From positions 228,532,001 through 228,596,000 of the forward strand of contig NC_135879.1 in assembly GCF_964194155.1 (NCBI RefSeq): a stretch of DNA of 64,000 bases, written 5' to 3'. The DNA is from Cetorhinus maximus. Its lineage: Eukaryota. Numbering within the stretch: the first letter of the stretch is position 1; every line of letters starts with the position of its first letter. Positions 35,815 through 49,578 of this stretch are shown here, in pieces. Under the pieces are notes generated by a model. That model did not search any database. It saw nothing but the letters and a program-made list of their open reading frames with translations, and was not told the origin of the DNA. Both the position numbers and the translations under genes were made by a program.

Positions 35815-38190
35815 GGAGGGGAAAGAATGGGGGAGCCGTTGAGAAACTTGACAACTACCATTTCGCAGAAACCGAAAGTGGGTGGAGCCTCATGTTGGAC
35901 GGGCACAGGAGCTGCATGGGAGTGTGATCAGTGGGTGGGTGGAGATGCAGGTCAGCTCAGATGGACAACTGAAAGAGAACCCCAGCAGGCAGCATTGAAA
36001 ATGCCCAGGACAGTGAGATGAGTGTGATGGATGAAGGCTCCATGTGCGTGGGAGCGTGTTGGCGTGCGGATCCGAAAGGCCCTGCCCCACACACACTTCT
36101 TCCTCCAGAATCACTCGTGGTCCGGCTGTGTGCAGCTGAACTGCTAGTGGGGGTAGTACAGTGAGATGACTTGCGAAACCTGTCAATGAAGCTGAAAGAC
36201 AACATTACACATTATTTGGTGAAAGTGAATATAATTTCAGATTATAAAGTGACAAAATGTGTTCACCCGTGCAACTACTTATGATCAGATTTCCTTAACT
36301 TTTCTAGGCCTACCACTTCTTCTAGGTGCTGCCCTGACATCCGCAACAGGGGTGGGGACAGTTTGTGCAATGGGTGGCCCTGTTGCCTCTGATGACTCCG
36401 GAGAGCCAAGGCCTTGAGGGCCCCGGCTTGCTTTGGCTGTGCTCCTGTGTGTCAGCTGAGGTAGAGGACGAGGTTGCGGGGGTCACAGGCAAAGGGGACT
36501 AGGAGGGATCAGACAGCCTCTGAGATTCCTGAGTGGATGGCCCAGAGGTGTCCAGCTGCCACTTCTCCTCCTTTCGGGTGCCCGACACTACCAAGCCTGA
36601 CTCCCTGAGGGGAAGGAGCACCTGGTAGGACGTCGAGGTGCCCCCTTTCTCTCCCATGTTGCCACTGCAGGAACTCACCCATGGCTACCACAATGGAGTG
36701 CAGGTCTGCATGCATCTTCATATTCCATGCGTGCGCATGTGGGCACCACCACCAGGGAGCAAGCGGATGCACTCCTCTGACTTGCGTGCCACTCTGTTGA
36801 TAGCTTCCAACAGCTATGTTTGATGTTCCCCCACCTTCTCCACGATAAGTTGGAAGGCTGAATCCAGAGGCTCCTCATCTGACACAGACCTCACAGATGC
36901 TTCTTCCCCAGCAGTCCTCCAAGTGCCGGGGAGCTTGACTGAACCTGCCTTCTCTTGCTGTGGACACTGTTCGTGCAGTGACCACCAGACTGTGAACCCG
37001 AGCCTGCTCTAGATCTAGGTTCCACCAAGGTGTGTGTCTCTGCACTGGTGGATGGTGTGGGTAAGCGCTGTGAAGGGTCTTCCAGGCTGCTTGTTTCCAA
37101 CTATTCAATGGAGCAGGTGTCCTCTTGGCTGCAGGTGAGGAACTGAATGGAGTTGAGGGACTGGCTGGCTGAGGGCGTCAGTCGCTTGGCAGAGCTCCCT
37201 GTGAATCAAAGTAGAGATAATTAGTGCACGGTAGCAGGAGAAAGAGCACTCACAGTTGCGTTGACAGAGGAATGATGTGGCGCAGGATCCTCACGTGAGT
37301 GTTCACCATCGACTTCACATCCTCACCAGTCAGTTCAATGGGATGCTCCTCAAAGTGAGTGAGGGACCTAATATGGGCCACTCCACCCCCAGCCTGGGAT
37401 GCCTCCCTGCTGTTGTGAGCCAGCGGGATGAAAACAGATGGAGACTGTAAGCAGAACTCATGGCACTGCATAGAATGCTTGTGTGGTGAAAGGAGCCATG
37501 GACGGGATGAGGACATGAGCTGCAGAGCATATGAGCCAGATGGAGATGTGAGGGTGTGTGTGAGAGTTAGTGGTGTTGTCCCTTGAGGTGCGAGGTCCCT
37601 GTGGATGTGTAATGGGCTTGGGAGTGTGTGTGTTGAGATTGATGAGGTGGTTGACTTACCCTGGTAGAATGGATGAGAGCATTCATCCTCTTCCTGCACT
37701 GGATGTCTGTCCTCCTCTGTGCTCCGGTGGCGTGACCACCGCTGCCACTGCCTCCCAGGCCAGTTTGGTGACTCTGGTGGATCTCCTGCAGCCAGAGCAG
37801 GGTTAGAGGACATCGTGAGGGCCGGCCTTCCACTGCATCCAGCAGAAGCTCCAGAGATGAATCACTAAATTTGGGGGCTGCCATCGCCTTTGCTTTCGGG
37901 GCCATCTGTCGCCTGGAGCAGTCCTGGTCTGTAGACATGAAGTAGGCTGCGTTCTGGTGTGCTTTAAATATGGCACCCAGAGCGAGAACGTGCTGAGGTC
38001 ACAGCATGGCAGGCAAATCCAAGCCCACCAGCTTTGACCTGGAGTGTTTCCCGTAAATGCATTATTAATGAGGCGGACATGCTGGGAAGGGGATGATATG
38101 GCGTGAAACCTCGCCATTGCGGCCAGCGGGTAAAATGTTCTTTTTCCACACCTGCTACCGCACTTAGTGCAAAGCTGGGACAATCCACCC
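35815..38190 (+). mobile_element. Partial Harbinger transposon of a second family (right half)
   Basis: Myb-like gene on the - strand. The right end CAATCCACCC (38190) is followed by TAA. The transposase is essentially missing. Confidence 0.7.
36285..37905 (-). pseudogene. Harbinger Myb/SANT-like (NAIF1-type) protein pseudogene
   Basis: MAPKAKAMAAPKFSDSSLELLLDAVE...RRTDIQCRKRMNALI followed by a GTAAGT donor (~37659). C-terminus PRRSGRPRKVKEI*. Confidence 0.75.
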
Positions 38191-39504
38191 TAAGTCCTGG
38201 AAGCCCAGAACCAGGTAAGTGTTGGGATCCCAGGACAGGGAGGGGAGGTGAAGCCCGGAGGAGGCCTGGGCAGAATGGGGTGTGGGGGTCCTGGTGGAGA
38301 GGCTGGCAGTGGAGGGTGCATCCACATGGACCAGACCTTGTGTGGGTGGGGGAGGGGGTTTGGGTGCCTGATGGTAAAAAGAGGCCATGGATGGAGGCAC
38401 CCCCTCCCTTCCCGCCCAAGGCCTGAGGAAGGTTACTTTTCAGGCTTCCCAGCTGCCGCCAGCCTAGAAATTGAGGCTGGGTGGGAAACGGCCCTTAAAT
38501 AGTTATTAATTGGCCATTCAAGGGCCTCAATTGGGGCAAGGGTGGATGGGCCCACCTAGGCCTCACCCATCCCCACCGTAAAACTGTGGAGAGGTCAGGC
38601 CAGGCAGGAGCCCAAAGGCCATCCGAGGAATTTTACTCCTCCACCTGCCACCCCCCCCGCCCCCACCTCCCTTCTATAAACAGAATGCTTTTTGGGTCCT
38701 AACCAGGGACTTTTCTAGCCAACCAATCAGAAAAAGCAAAATACATCATTTATCTTTGATTGGTCTTGACTTAAACTTTATAGTTGGCTTCCCCGCTGCT
38801 TATACTAGATTTTACTTCATAGACGCACATGATGGGAATTGCAATTATTTATGTAATTACGTTACCACGATATAAAATGGCCCTCCAAATTCTGGAATAC
38901 ACAAAAATACTCAGTATTTACAATGAGTCAGAACTCAGAGAATTGTATATAAAATGCCCTTTACACTGATTATTTGCTGTGTAGATTTTGCACGGCTAAA
39001 TTCAGGTACAGAATAATTTAATGATGCGGGTTGCTGTTGCCAACTCTAGTTTTTAGAATGAATCCAAAACAGCTGTATTCAAATGCTGAACTACCTACTG
39101 GAGTAAGTTTCTGTGGAGTTGGTGCAGCTGAAGCTATTTTTCTATATTCCTGTGGTGCCAGCTGCTGTGCTCAGGCCTCATGGAGCTGAAAGCACCAGAT
39201 ATCTTGAGACTGATGGCCCGGGAGACCCTTTTTTTTTCCTGGATCCTCTAGAGACGTAAGTAAACACGTCATTCTGCTGGCACTGGTGTGTCCTCTGGTA
39301 CTGATATCAGTTGTTCTCCCTTAAGAAAAGGGTTACTATGATCTGTAATGTACTACCTGATAGGATGGCAGAAGAAGATTCTATAGATTCAGGTGGAGAA
39401 TAAGAATTTTTTAATGCTTCAATTTGTCATGATCTGGAATGCACTCATTGGATGCCTCTTTCAAAGAGTCAGCACAGTAAAGGCCTCCTGTTGTGCTACA
39501 TCAT

Positions 39505-40263
39505 TATATGGGGAGAGAATTCAGAAATCTGGAGTGCAAAGGGACTTGGGAGTCCTAGTTCAGGATTCTCTTAAGGTTAACTTGCAGGTTGACGCGGAAG
39601 TTAGGAAGGCAAATGCAATGTTGGCATTTATTTCGAGAGGACTAGACTATAAAAGCAGGGATGTGCTGCTGAGGCTTTATAAGGCTCTGGTCAGACCACA
39701 TTTAGAATATAGTGAGCAATTTTGGGCCCCGTATCTCAGGAAGGATGTGCTGGCCCTGGAGAAGGTCCAGAGGAAGTTCACGAGAATGATCCCAGGAATG
39801 AAAGGCTTAACATATGAGGAACATTTGAGGACTCTGGGTCTATACTCGATGGAGTTTAGAAGGACGAGGGGGGATCTGATTGAAACTTACAGAATACTAA
39901 AAGGCCTGGATAGAGTGGACGTGGGGAAGATGCTTCCATTAGTAGGAGAGACTAGGACCCGAGGGCACAGCCTCAGAGTGAAGGGAAGACCTTTTAGAGC
40001 AGAGATGAGGAGAAACTTCTTTAGCAAGAAAGTGGTGAATCTATGGAATTCATTGCCACAGAAGGCTGTGGAGGCCAGGTCATGGAGTGTATCTAAGACC
40101 GAGATAGATAGGTTCTTGATTGGTAAGGGGATCAAAGGTTACGGGGAGAAGGCGGGAGAATGGGGTTGAGAAACTTATCAGCCATGATTGAATGGCAGAG
40201 CAGACTCGATGAGCCGAATGGCCTAATTTCTGCTCCTATGTCTTATGGTCATATGGTCTTATG
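39505..40263 (+). mobile_element. Young 5'-truncated CR1 LINE with uninterrupted ORF2 C-terminus
   Basis: Open frame from QRDLGVLV through LVRPHLEY and RRNFFSKKVVNLWNSLP to the stop at 40169, followed by an intact 3' UTR and a (TCTTATGG)-like tail. Confidence 0.95.
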
Positions 40264-40584
40264 GGAACAAGTAGCACTGTTATGTCATCCTTTGATAATG
40301 GTTGGAAAGTAGTGAGGTTGGAGTCTTGTTTTACAACAACTGTTGTGTTAGATATATAATATATATATATATCTTTATGTGTGGGTTTGGCTAAACAAAA
40401 ATGGCTTGTATACACCAGCTGATTGTCAATCCAATCAATGAGCAATTCCTATGCCAAATCTTGGTATCATAGAATCTTTCAGCACAGGGAGCCACTTAGC
40501 TCATTTTGTGTGTGCTGACTCTTTGAAGAAGGTATCTAATCAGTCCATTTCTTGTTTAGCCATAGCCCTGCAAATTATTCCTTT

Positions 40585-41269
40585 GGGCCCACCACTTGCA
40601 AACACGGATTGAAGATGGTCACAGTGGCTGCCGAGTGCCAAAGAGTGTTGTTTAAAAGGCCCACCTCAGTTCTCTGTAACTTTGTCCTAGTTGTTTTGTT
40701 AAACAGTAAACCCTCTAGCCTTCACCCCTCATACCCCCTCATTCATACTCACTCCCCTTGCCCATCCATGCCAACTCCTGCCAATCCATTCCCAATGGCC
40801 CCTTATAGCCCCTATGCCAATTTAGTGTTAACTCATAACCCCCTCCCCCCCCCATCCATCCCCATGGCCCATACAACCTCACAGCCCCACATAAAAGGTA
40901 GCTCATTTTTAATAACCTCTTTGGACTGTCAAACAGTGAATTTACAACCCTTGGCAACTCTTGATAATGCTAGTTCTACAGATTTTATCTACCCTTCAAA
41001 AGCATTTATGGCCTCTCCAAATTCATTTCTCACACACTCCAGGATAAGGGTCTTGCTCCAGTGAAAATGGGGTATGTTTTAACTCACCTCATCACTGAGT
41101 TCAAATGGTGCTGCTGAGTTTGGGTTTCCCACATGTGGGAGCCACACCCACTTTCCCCCTCCCCACTGCCTAGCAAATATAGGATCTGTCAGAAACGGGG
41201 AAAGACTTACAGATCCAGGTCCCTCCTTCTATTTTTAAAGGTCTCCACAACTCCACAAAAATCCAGCCC
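40585..41269. mobile_element. MITE-like element with Harbinger-type terminus
   Basis: Ends AAAATCCAGCCC (41269). The internal CCCATG/CCCCAT-rich tract is the reverse complement of tracts in 59098-60336 and 60591-61748. Confidence 0.45.
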
Positions 41270-44200
41270 AATGACTCTCTGGAGAGTTGCTCGTGCATGG
41301 AAAGCTTTGGCACAGGATGTGGTATAGGGCATTGCACCTTTCAAAGGAAAGTTGGAGAAATATTTGAAGCAAAGCAAGCTACAAGAATGTGAAGGGAGAC
41401 TAGGGCAGTAGATTAGATTTGGATTATTCTAGCGAATAGCCAACCCAGGCATGTACATGGTTCTATGGTAAGAGCAACTGAATCCCAACTGACTTTTTCT
41501 AAACACGTCCAGTGTGTTAGGTAAATATGTTTACATATGCTGTGACCTTGCCCCTACAGAAATAAATAAATCTGTATTTCGAACACGACCTAACATGACT
41601 TTATTTGAATTATCCACACCATAAATGTGTATAAATATACAGCAAACTCTCAATCTAAATTCATGTTGTTGGCTCTTCGATGACTTCACTGTTTCAAACA
41701 AAATATGGTCACAGATGTAACCCTGGCAACAGTCATTGCTTTTGGATACTGTTGGCTTACATAGACAAGGTCTGAAGTTTTTCTTATGAACAATTTTGCA
41801 ATAGAGCATTAATAGATCAACAAGGGGCACTCAGTGCCAGTAATTATCTGAGTTTAGCATTTTTTTTCACAATGTATTAGTCAGTGGTAATCCCAAATAA
41901 AAGCTGTAGAAATAAACTATACAGTAACCACCATGTACCCTGAACATTTTGCTGTACGTGTTTCACTTCATTTAAAGGACTTCAATCTCTGCACGAAGTA
42001 AATGGGAAATTGGATTAAGTAACAGAACATAGCATTTCACATGTACTGTGAACATGGTACAACTGATGTCTGACTCATTGAGGATTTGCATTTTCTTTGG
42101 TTTATATAACATGATTTTCATTGTCAGGCATGACCTGTGTCATTAGTTCTTTTTGTACTTTTTGTTTTCTTCTTCTTATATTCTACTTGAAGCAACATTG
42201 CAACAGTGACTATACTTCAAAGTATCTCATTAGCTGTAGAGCACTTTGGGATGTCATGAGATTGTGAATGATGCTATATCAATACAATCTTTATCTTTCT
42301 CGGTACACTCATGCCTCTGGGCTGTCCAGACCTTAATACCTTCAAAAAGTCCAAACCTTAAAACCGTTGGACAATCCAAAACAATACCTTGAGACAATTT
42401 AGATTTCTCTCTGCTTTTGAACGAGATAGTTTGATTTCTTTCTTGCAATGACAATGTGCATTTTGACAATGACAATAGAACATTTTGCTGCCTGCCATTA
42501 GATACCAGTCTCTGAACCTTACTTACTGGTCGGTGCTAGTAGCCAGCGTAACCTGATTTGAAAAGCAAGAGCTTCACTCCCATTTGCGATACAATGTTAA
42601 CTTGTTGACAAATACATAAACCAGCAATATGATCTTAATGTATATGGTGACAATGGCCTGAAGTTTCTACCAAGGGCACTATTGGACACTGGACATTGTG
42701 TTGGTTTATTTCAGCTGACGTTTCCATGTAAATTCATTAACATAAGCCCAAACATAATATGAGCACAATCAAGCCACATAATCAATTTGTCACTGGTAAA
42801 CGGCCAATGGTGGCTCAAGGCATTGGGTAGAATAGGATAAAGAGCGAGGCTGGAAATCACACAAGACACTTTTTTTCTGTTCTGCAAGGCTTGTGGCTAC
42901 AATTTGCTGTTATCTTCAATTAACTCTACTACAGAAGAGCAGGACATATCTGTGTGGCTTCAATTAACTGCTGGTCACAGGCCTTATGTATAAAGGGCTA
43001 GTTAATTGACTGAATTCAAACTGAATTTAAAGTCAATACAACAGCAGGAGAAACAGAATTGTGTCTGTGGCTTCCAATAATTGAACTCTGGCTACTGCTA
43101 TTCAGGTGACTAACGCTGGATTCGTATGACCACGGGTACCCATGCATCCAAGGATACAGGCGCAATGTGATGAACACCCCGAATGATCATAATTGGCAAA
43201 AACCCACCATTACAGCCTGGGCACATGGACAATTCATTGGGTGATGACTGCTTTGGCCAAAGAAACTTTTGAACAAGTGTAAAGGATTGCGGCTACTCCA
43301 GCATAAAGTAGCTATAGGTGCAACTCACTTCAGCCTACAATTCTGTGACCTTTAGTATGGTTTCATTTGATTCCATCCAGATTAGGTTGTTATCTGTGTG
43401 GAAATTGGGGTAACAGCAGGCCAACATATGCATCATCACATCATTTGAATGTAAGAGCTGTGCACAGTTTTAAATAAAGTCAGATATGTAATCTGATATT
43501 TCTAGTAGAGGAGACTTCTCTTTGTAGGTAGACAGTCTTTAGAAAACTGAGCACCTTGGGACAATTTGGAACTTACTCCACCAGAATAATGACACTGTGG
43601 AAAGCTATTGTTATACCATATTTAATCAATACCCTGACATAGACAACATATTTGCTGCTTAACTACAGCTAAAGGAAGAAGCAAATATGCTAAGCCTGGA
43701 ACACCATTATGCGCATTAATAAAGGTAAATTCCATGCCTCAAGCCCAAAGAATTAATGCCAACTTTATATAAAGATTAACGCCAGATGTTAATGTCAGTA
43801 GATTATTTTTGGGGATGGGGTGGGAAAGTGGAATTGATGTAGAAATTTGGCTATAATCTTTTGAATGGTGGGACAGTCTCAAGGGGCCACATGGCTCACT
43901 CCTGCTCCTACTTCTTATGTTCTTATGAAAGGCAAGCAATTCTTGTGCTCACTATAGCTGGATGACTGAGATTTTCTGAAAGTTGTACTATCTGAGATGC
44001 GTGAACGGAGTATTATGACAGCTGTGTTTGGATTGGCTGGTTTTCGGCTAACAAAGTCGGGCTACACGGAATCGTTTGCACTCAGCCACCCTTTTGAGCA
44101 GTAATAAGGATCCTTAGGAATTCTTGATAAACAATAGAGGAAAATAATTATCCCTGATAACTGGTTGCATTGCACAGCAACAAATAGGGCAGGGTTGTGC

Positions 44201-46334
44201 CTCGATTTCCCGAATGACCAAAAAAAGGAACAAATCTGGCACTCTCTCTGCTGTTGTCCAGGTATTAAAAAATGCCTCACCAGTAACTTTTGCTTTTCAC
44301 ATACTACAGCTTGTGAACAAAATGTCTTGACAAAAAGAATTTTTTAATTGTTTGTGAATAATCTCAGCTGATGTTAATTCCTTTGGCCTTGAGGCATAGA
44401 TTTAACATTAAACTCAGCATTGACGTGCAAAGGAGTGTACCAGCCTCAGTATTTTTTTGTTATCTTCCCCTGGCTATAGTCTAGCAGGAAATATATTGTT
44501 TGTATAAGGGTATCAAATAGATTTGGAATGACAGAAAGCCATTACCTTTGGGACTGGAAGATGGAGGCAAAGCTGTGCATTGTTCTGGTTTGTAGATAAA
44601 GCAGAAATTATCCGCCTGGAATAACATGGACTCTGTGGAAATGGTGTTTACTGCACACAGTGTGACACAGATATGACACAAGCAATACTCTCTTTGGGTG
44701 CAGCTGCTTTCCACTAAGATGCAACTGCACCATGATTGCCTCAAAAATAACACGTATGTCAACACTCTTAGCAGTTGCAGTTTGTTTAAAGAGGCAGTTT
44801 CATTTTACCATGCAGACTCTCAGTTATAACTTCAGCAAATAAATCAACTGTCATTTTTTTAAATGTATTATTACTTGCAAAGCTCCCAATAATGGCATTT
44901 CAATATTTTAGGATTAAAATTAATTAATTTTCCTGTTCTCTTAGGCTAATCATGGCAAACTGACAATTATGAGAGTTATGCACCTAACATAATGTTAACT
45001 TAGTTATAGTATCATAGGTGATTGGAAAATTAACCAGAGGCAACATGAGGAAACTTTATTTCATGCGGAGAGTTGTTGTGATCTGGAGTACACTGCTTGA
45101 AAGGGTGATGTAAATAGATTAAATTGTAACTTTCAAAAGGGAATTGGATAAATACTTGAGGTAAAGGCATTACTGGGCTACAGGGAAAGAGCTTGGGAGT
45201 GGGACTAATTGGGTAGCTCTACCAAAGAGCTGGTACAAGAATAATGGGCTGAATGGTCTCCTTCTGTACTGGATCCTATGATGATGAAAATTCATAAAAA
45301 ATCCTGGCAGCATTAAAAATGAATGTTTCCACATACTTTGCCATGGAAACAAAGTGGGAAAAATGGACTTGTGTTTGGAAGTCTAGTTTATGTGTACATG
45401 GATGAGAAAATTCCACCGTTTGGCCATGAACTCTGAAGAAGAGTCACACGGACTCAAAACAATAACTCTGTTTCTCTCTCTACAGATGCTGCCAGACCTG
45501 CTGAGTTTTTTCAGATTTTTCTATTTTTATTTCAGATTTCCAGCATTTGCAGTATTTTGCTTTTACTACATGGGAGAGAGCAAATCTGTGATCGGAGGAG
45601 CTGAAACAGCAAGCGTGGGACAGACAGAATCTATGATTAGAAGAGCAGCTCCATCACTCTCTCCCGTGCTTGCTGCTTTTCCAGTCTGCTGTTCCCAGTA
45701 GACTTTCAGCATGACCTCCATGCTGCCAGGCTGCAGACGGTGGTGGATGAAGCAAGGACTTCACCTTCCACTTTAAGTACCCTGCTCCTCGGGCACCTTG
45801 CCCCTGCTGTGCAGCTCCAGCAGCGCCATGGTGAAATACTCGTCTAGATGTATAGGGTCATCAGGTACTTATTCTTGGAGTCAGTCGTCTAGTTAATGTT
45901 GAAACAACTCTCCAGGTGGACCGAATCTTGGGAGCGCCTGCATTGTGCCTCCATTTGAGCTATTGCTTTGAACTATAAGTTATTGAGTCAGTTAGCAGTG
46001 ACTTTGGTCATTATTCTCATTGATATTTAGATTTTAGCTTTCTCTCTGTTCCGTTAATATTGGTAGAAAACTTGATTTATGAGTGAGACTAAGGTAAAAC
46101 TAAGGGCATTACTCACATGAGGTGTGTTTAAACCACTTTTACAGCCTGCTAATACCACTGGCCATAGAGGATCTGCATGTTGGGAGTTGGCAGCACTAGC
46201 ATAAAATAAAATTGACTTCAAATCTGAGTATATAAACATGCTCCACTCACTGTTTCAAGTGAAGTTTATTACATCTTTCACCAATATTCCCTGTGCTCTG
46301 TCAGTTGCATTGCTGGCCAATGATTCCTTTTATT

Positions 46335-46830
46335 GTGTGGATTTGCTTCATAGAATCCAGCAACACTCAAGAAGCTGGACACCATCCAGGACAAAGCAGC
46401 CCGCTTGACTGGCACCCCATCCACTACCTTCAGCATCCACTCCCTCCACCGCCAACACATAATGGCAGCAGTGTGTACCATCTACAAGATGCACTGCAGC
46501 AACTCACCATGACTCCTTCAACAGCACCTTCCAAACCCATGACCACTACCATCTAGAAGGACAAGGACAGCGGGTGCATGGGAACACCACCACCTGGAAG
46601 TTCCCCTCCAAGCCACGCACTATCTTGACTTGGAAATATAGCGCTGTTCCTTCACTGTCGCTGGGTCAAAATCCTGGAACTCCCTCCCTAACAGCACTGT
46701 GGGTGTACCTACACCACATGGACTGCAGCAGTTCAAGAAGGCAGCTCACCACCACCTTCTTAAGGGCAACTAGGGATAGGCAATAAATGCTGGCCAAGAC
46801 AGTGACGCCCACATCCCCTGAAAGAATAAA
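46335..46830 (+). mobile_element. LINE 3' fragment (same family as 23745-24510)
   Basis: Colinear with 24945-25255. Ends GGCAATAAATGCTGGCC...CCCACATCCCCTGAAAGAATAAAAAAA. Confidence 0.85.
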
Positions 46831-48334
46831 AAAATATACTGGAGGAAATCGCAGTCCTTAATTGCAACTGCAGCATGTACTGCCTTTTTGTCACTAAAGG
46901 GATCTCATATTTCTCAATACGCGTGTGTTGAGTGTTTGAGTATGTGTGCACATGTGTATGCAAGGTTGCTAAGATCTACTCAGTCAAATCTTCATCTTAC
47001 ATTTTCATGTAACTGAGGACTAGGATATCAACTTGCTTTGTCAACAAAATGTTTTTAGATGAGAAAAACCTCTGGTAAAATCTTTTCCACTCACTATTAT
47101 TGCTGGTTGGACATTTTTTCCTAGTAAACCAAAATATCCTATTTAATAGGCAAATCTGCATTCCTAAAATTGCCTGCATTCTTTGAGGACATGACTTTAA
47201 TTTGAAGGAGGGGTTGAATTTGAGGAATGGTTACTACATGTAACAGGAGTACTCTTTGTGTGATTGCATGGTATCTTCACAGTATTTGTCTCTTTTTATC
47301 TCGCTTCATCTTTTCTTCCTTCCCCACTTTCACAATTTCTAAATGTGGATTGAACTGTTTTTCAGTAAATGAGATTATGCTTGACTATAACATTTAGTTG
47401 CTGAAACCTCAATGCAAGCATAAATACCTAACCTCACAATGATTTTAAACCTCTGAAGATTAAGATAATTGGATCTTTTGTGAAGGGTTTGTAACTGCTC
47501 ATGTCAGGTACTTATACACTTCCACCCATTTGAAATGGCCGAGAAGCATTTGCATTTCACCACAAATGATATAAAGTGCTATAATTTTCCAGCCCCTCGC
47601 ACTGCAGTGACTTTGCCACTCTGTGCCATAATGTGGACATGATTTCTTGTCACAAAAACATGTCAGACCTTTTTGTTATCGGCCACTCCGATCCCTGTAG
47701 AGTAGCACAGAATTCGAATATTGCTGAAAAAAGAGACATGTTGCTGAAGCCTTCCATCTTGCTCACCTCAGGACAAGTGGAAAGAAGCCAAATTTCAAAT
47801 ACCACAACAATTTATACTACAGGAGAAAAAGGTGCTGATTGATTAGCAAGTTGACTTAATTGGCCTTCTGATCACCTTAACAAGCTATCTGCCACTCGCA
47901 GATTGGTAGCTGTTCCACATCCAATTCCTGAAAATAGCTTGGGGATGGGAGGGTGCCTGCAAACCTGTATGCTAGTCCAAGGCACAAAATTACATGCTCG
48001 CCTCAGTTCCCGCCCCCATTGGCCTCTGAAAATCCTGCCCCTGCAATATGAGCTGTTGTACAGCATAGAACAGTACTGATATAGCCATTTGAAAATGTTG
48101 AGCAACGTGTCGCAGACTAACACAGAGTAATTGCATATGTATTGTTTGTGTACACCTGATAATATTTTCTAAGTTTATAAAATTCTGAATCAATTTGCCA
48201 GATTCCCATTCACACCTGGATGGGTGACAGTAACAAAATAATAGTTCAGCACTGGTAATGAGGTTGGTCATCTCATAAATTAAATGTCGCACTCTTCAAA
48301 CATATCTCTAAATGAAACGTGTTATCTCTTTCAG

Positions 48335-48415
48335 ACTGGCAGGAAAGAAAAAGGTGATCCACTCAATGCTGCCATTGAAAAAATGACAAAGAAAACAAGG
48401 GATCTGCGGCGACAG
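48335..48415 (+). CDS. CTNNA2: Alpha-catenin (alpha-N-catenin) internal coding exon, 81 nt, phase 0/0
   Basis: Acceptor TTATCTCTTTCAG and donor CAG|GTAAAC. Encodes TGRKEKGDPLNAAIEKMTKKTRDLRRQ, versus recalled human CTNNA2 TGRKEKGDPLNIAIDKMTKKTRDLRRQ (exon 8 equivalent). Confidence 0.93.
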
Positions 48416-49578
48416 GTAAACTGTTTGGAATCTACATTTGGCGTGGAATATGTGGTGATGGTTGAATAATTGCACTTTGGGGACTTGGTATTTGTGTAGA
48501 ACTGGGCTAAGTACTAGTTACTTTCAAATGTCATTCGTGAGGGTAAGGGCTGATTACTTCCTCCTCCACCTCCTACTTAGGAGAACGATTGTAACACTAC
48601 ATATCTCTTTATAGGGTTATGAAACTTCTTTAAATTATTCTTGCACTATGTTTATATTCCAGAGAGATCCAGCAGTTTAAACCACCTGGGTTGTGGACGG
48701 GGCTGGAACACTGTCATTTAACCTCGGTGACCTCTCTGTAGACAAACAGGATTAATGTCTCCACTGCACCAAAGCCTCGCTCTTTTTTAGCAGTAATTGA
48801 CACTGAGGTGCAGTCTCACTCATAGAGGTCATAAGGATGATGAGCATGGGAATTGAAAAGTCGCACTGATTTGGGCAAAGGCACACTGTTGGATAGAAGA
48901 AGGTTTGCCCTGCCATACGCAACTTGCTAGTACTTGAGCCAGGCGGGATAAGTAGAGAAATGATTATTCCACAATTTTCTCATCACCACTAAAATGTGTT
49001 TTCTAAAGCTGGAGTGTAAGCAGGCGAGGCGAAATACCGTCTAAAAACTTTGTTTGAATCCTTCCAATTGAAATTGGGATTTTCTGGCTCCGCCCACCAT
49101 CGGGATCTACCGATCCTGTCGAAAGCCAATGGACTTTTGGCTGGGCTGTCGACTTTCTCACGGCGGGTCCTACCACGACGGGGCTGGAAAATCCTGGCTT
49201 AAGTCTCTGCCCTCCCTTGGGTGCCATATCTAGAGGCATTCCTGGAGGTTTTACCACATGACATCCTGACCACGTGACATTTGATCTCATGACATCTGAT
49301 TATACGATTTCTACAAAGGTTACTATATTTACCACATAAAGATTGTGTCCCCTGTAGTTGAGTATTTTGGTTTGTGGTTTTACACTAGCAGGTGTTGTAC
49401 AAGATGTTCCAAGAACCAGCAGGTCACCCCGGAACAGGCAAAGAGGAAAATCAAGGACAGGGAAGGGGGGGGAATGGCAGAAGAGCCCTCTCCCCAACCA
49501 ACCATTCCCCTACTTCAGATACCCTATTTCAGACCCAGGATTTCAGAGACCCTATTGTATTACCACTGCTGATCACCA

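Noticed and set aside
39393-40169. 258-aa ORF as a host protein gene
   Set aside because: It is the C-terminus of CR1 ORF2 with a chance upstream extension.
1-48334. Nested LRRTM gene in the catenin intron
   Set aside because: No long leucine-rich-repeat ORF is present on the minus strand in this window.
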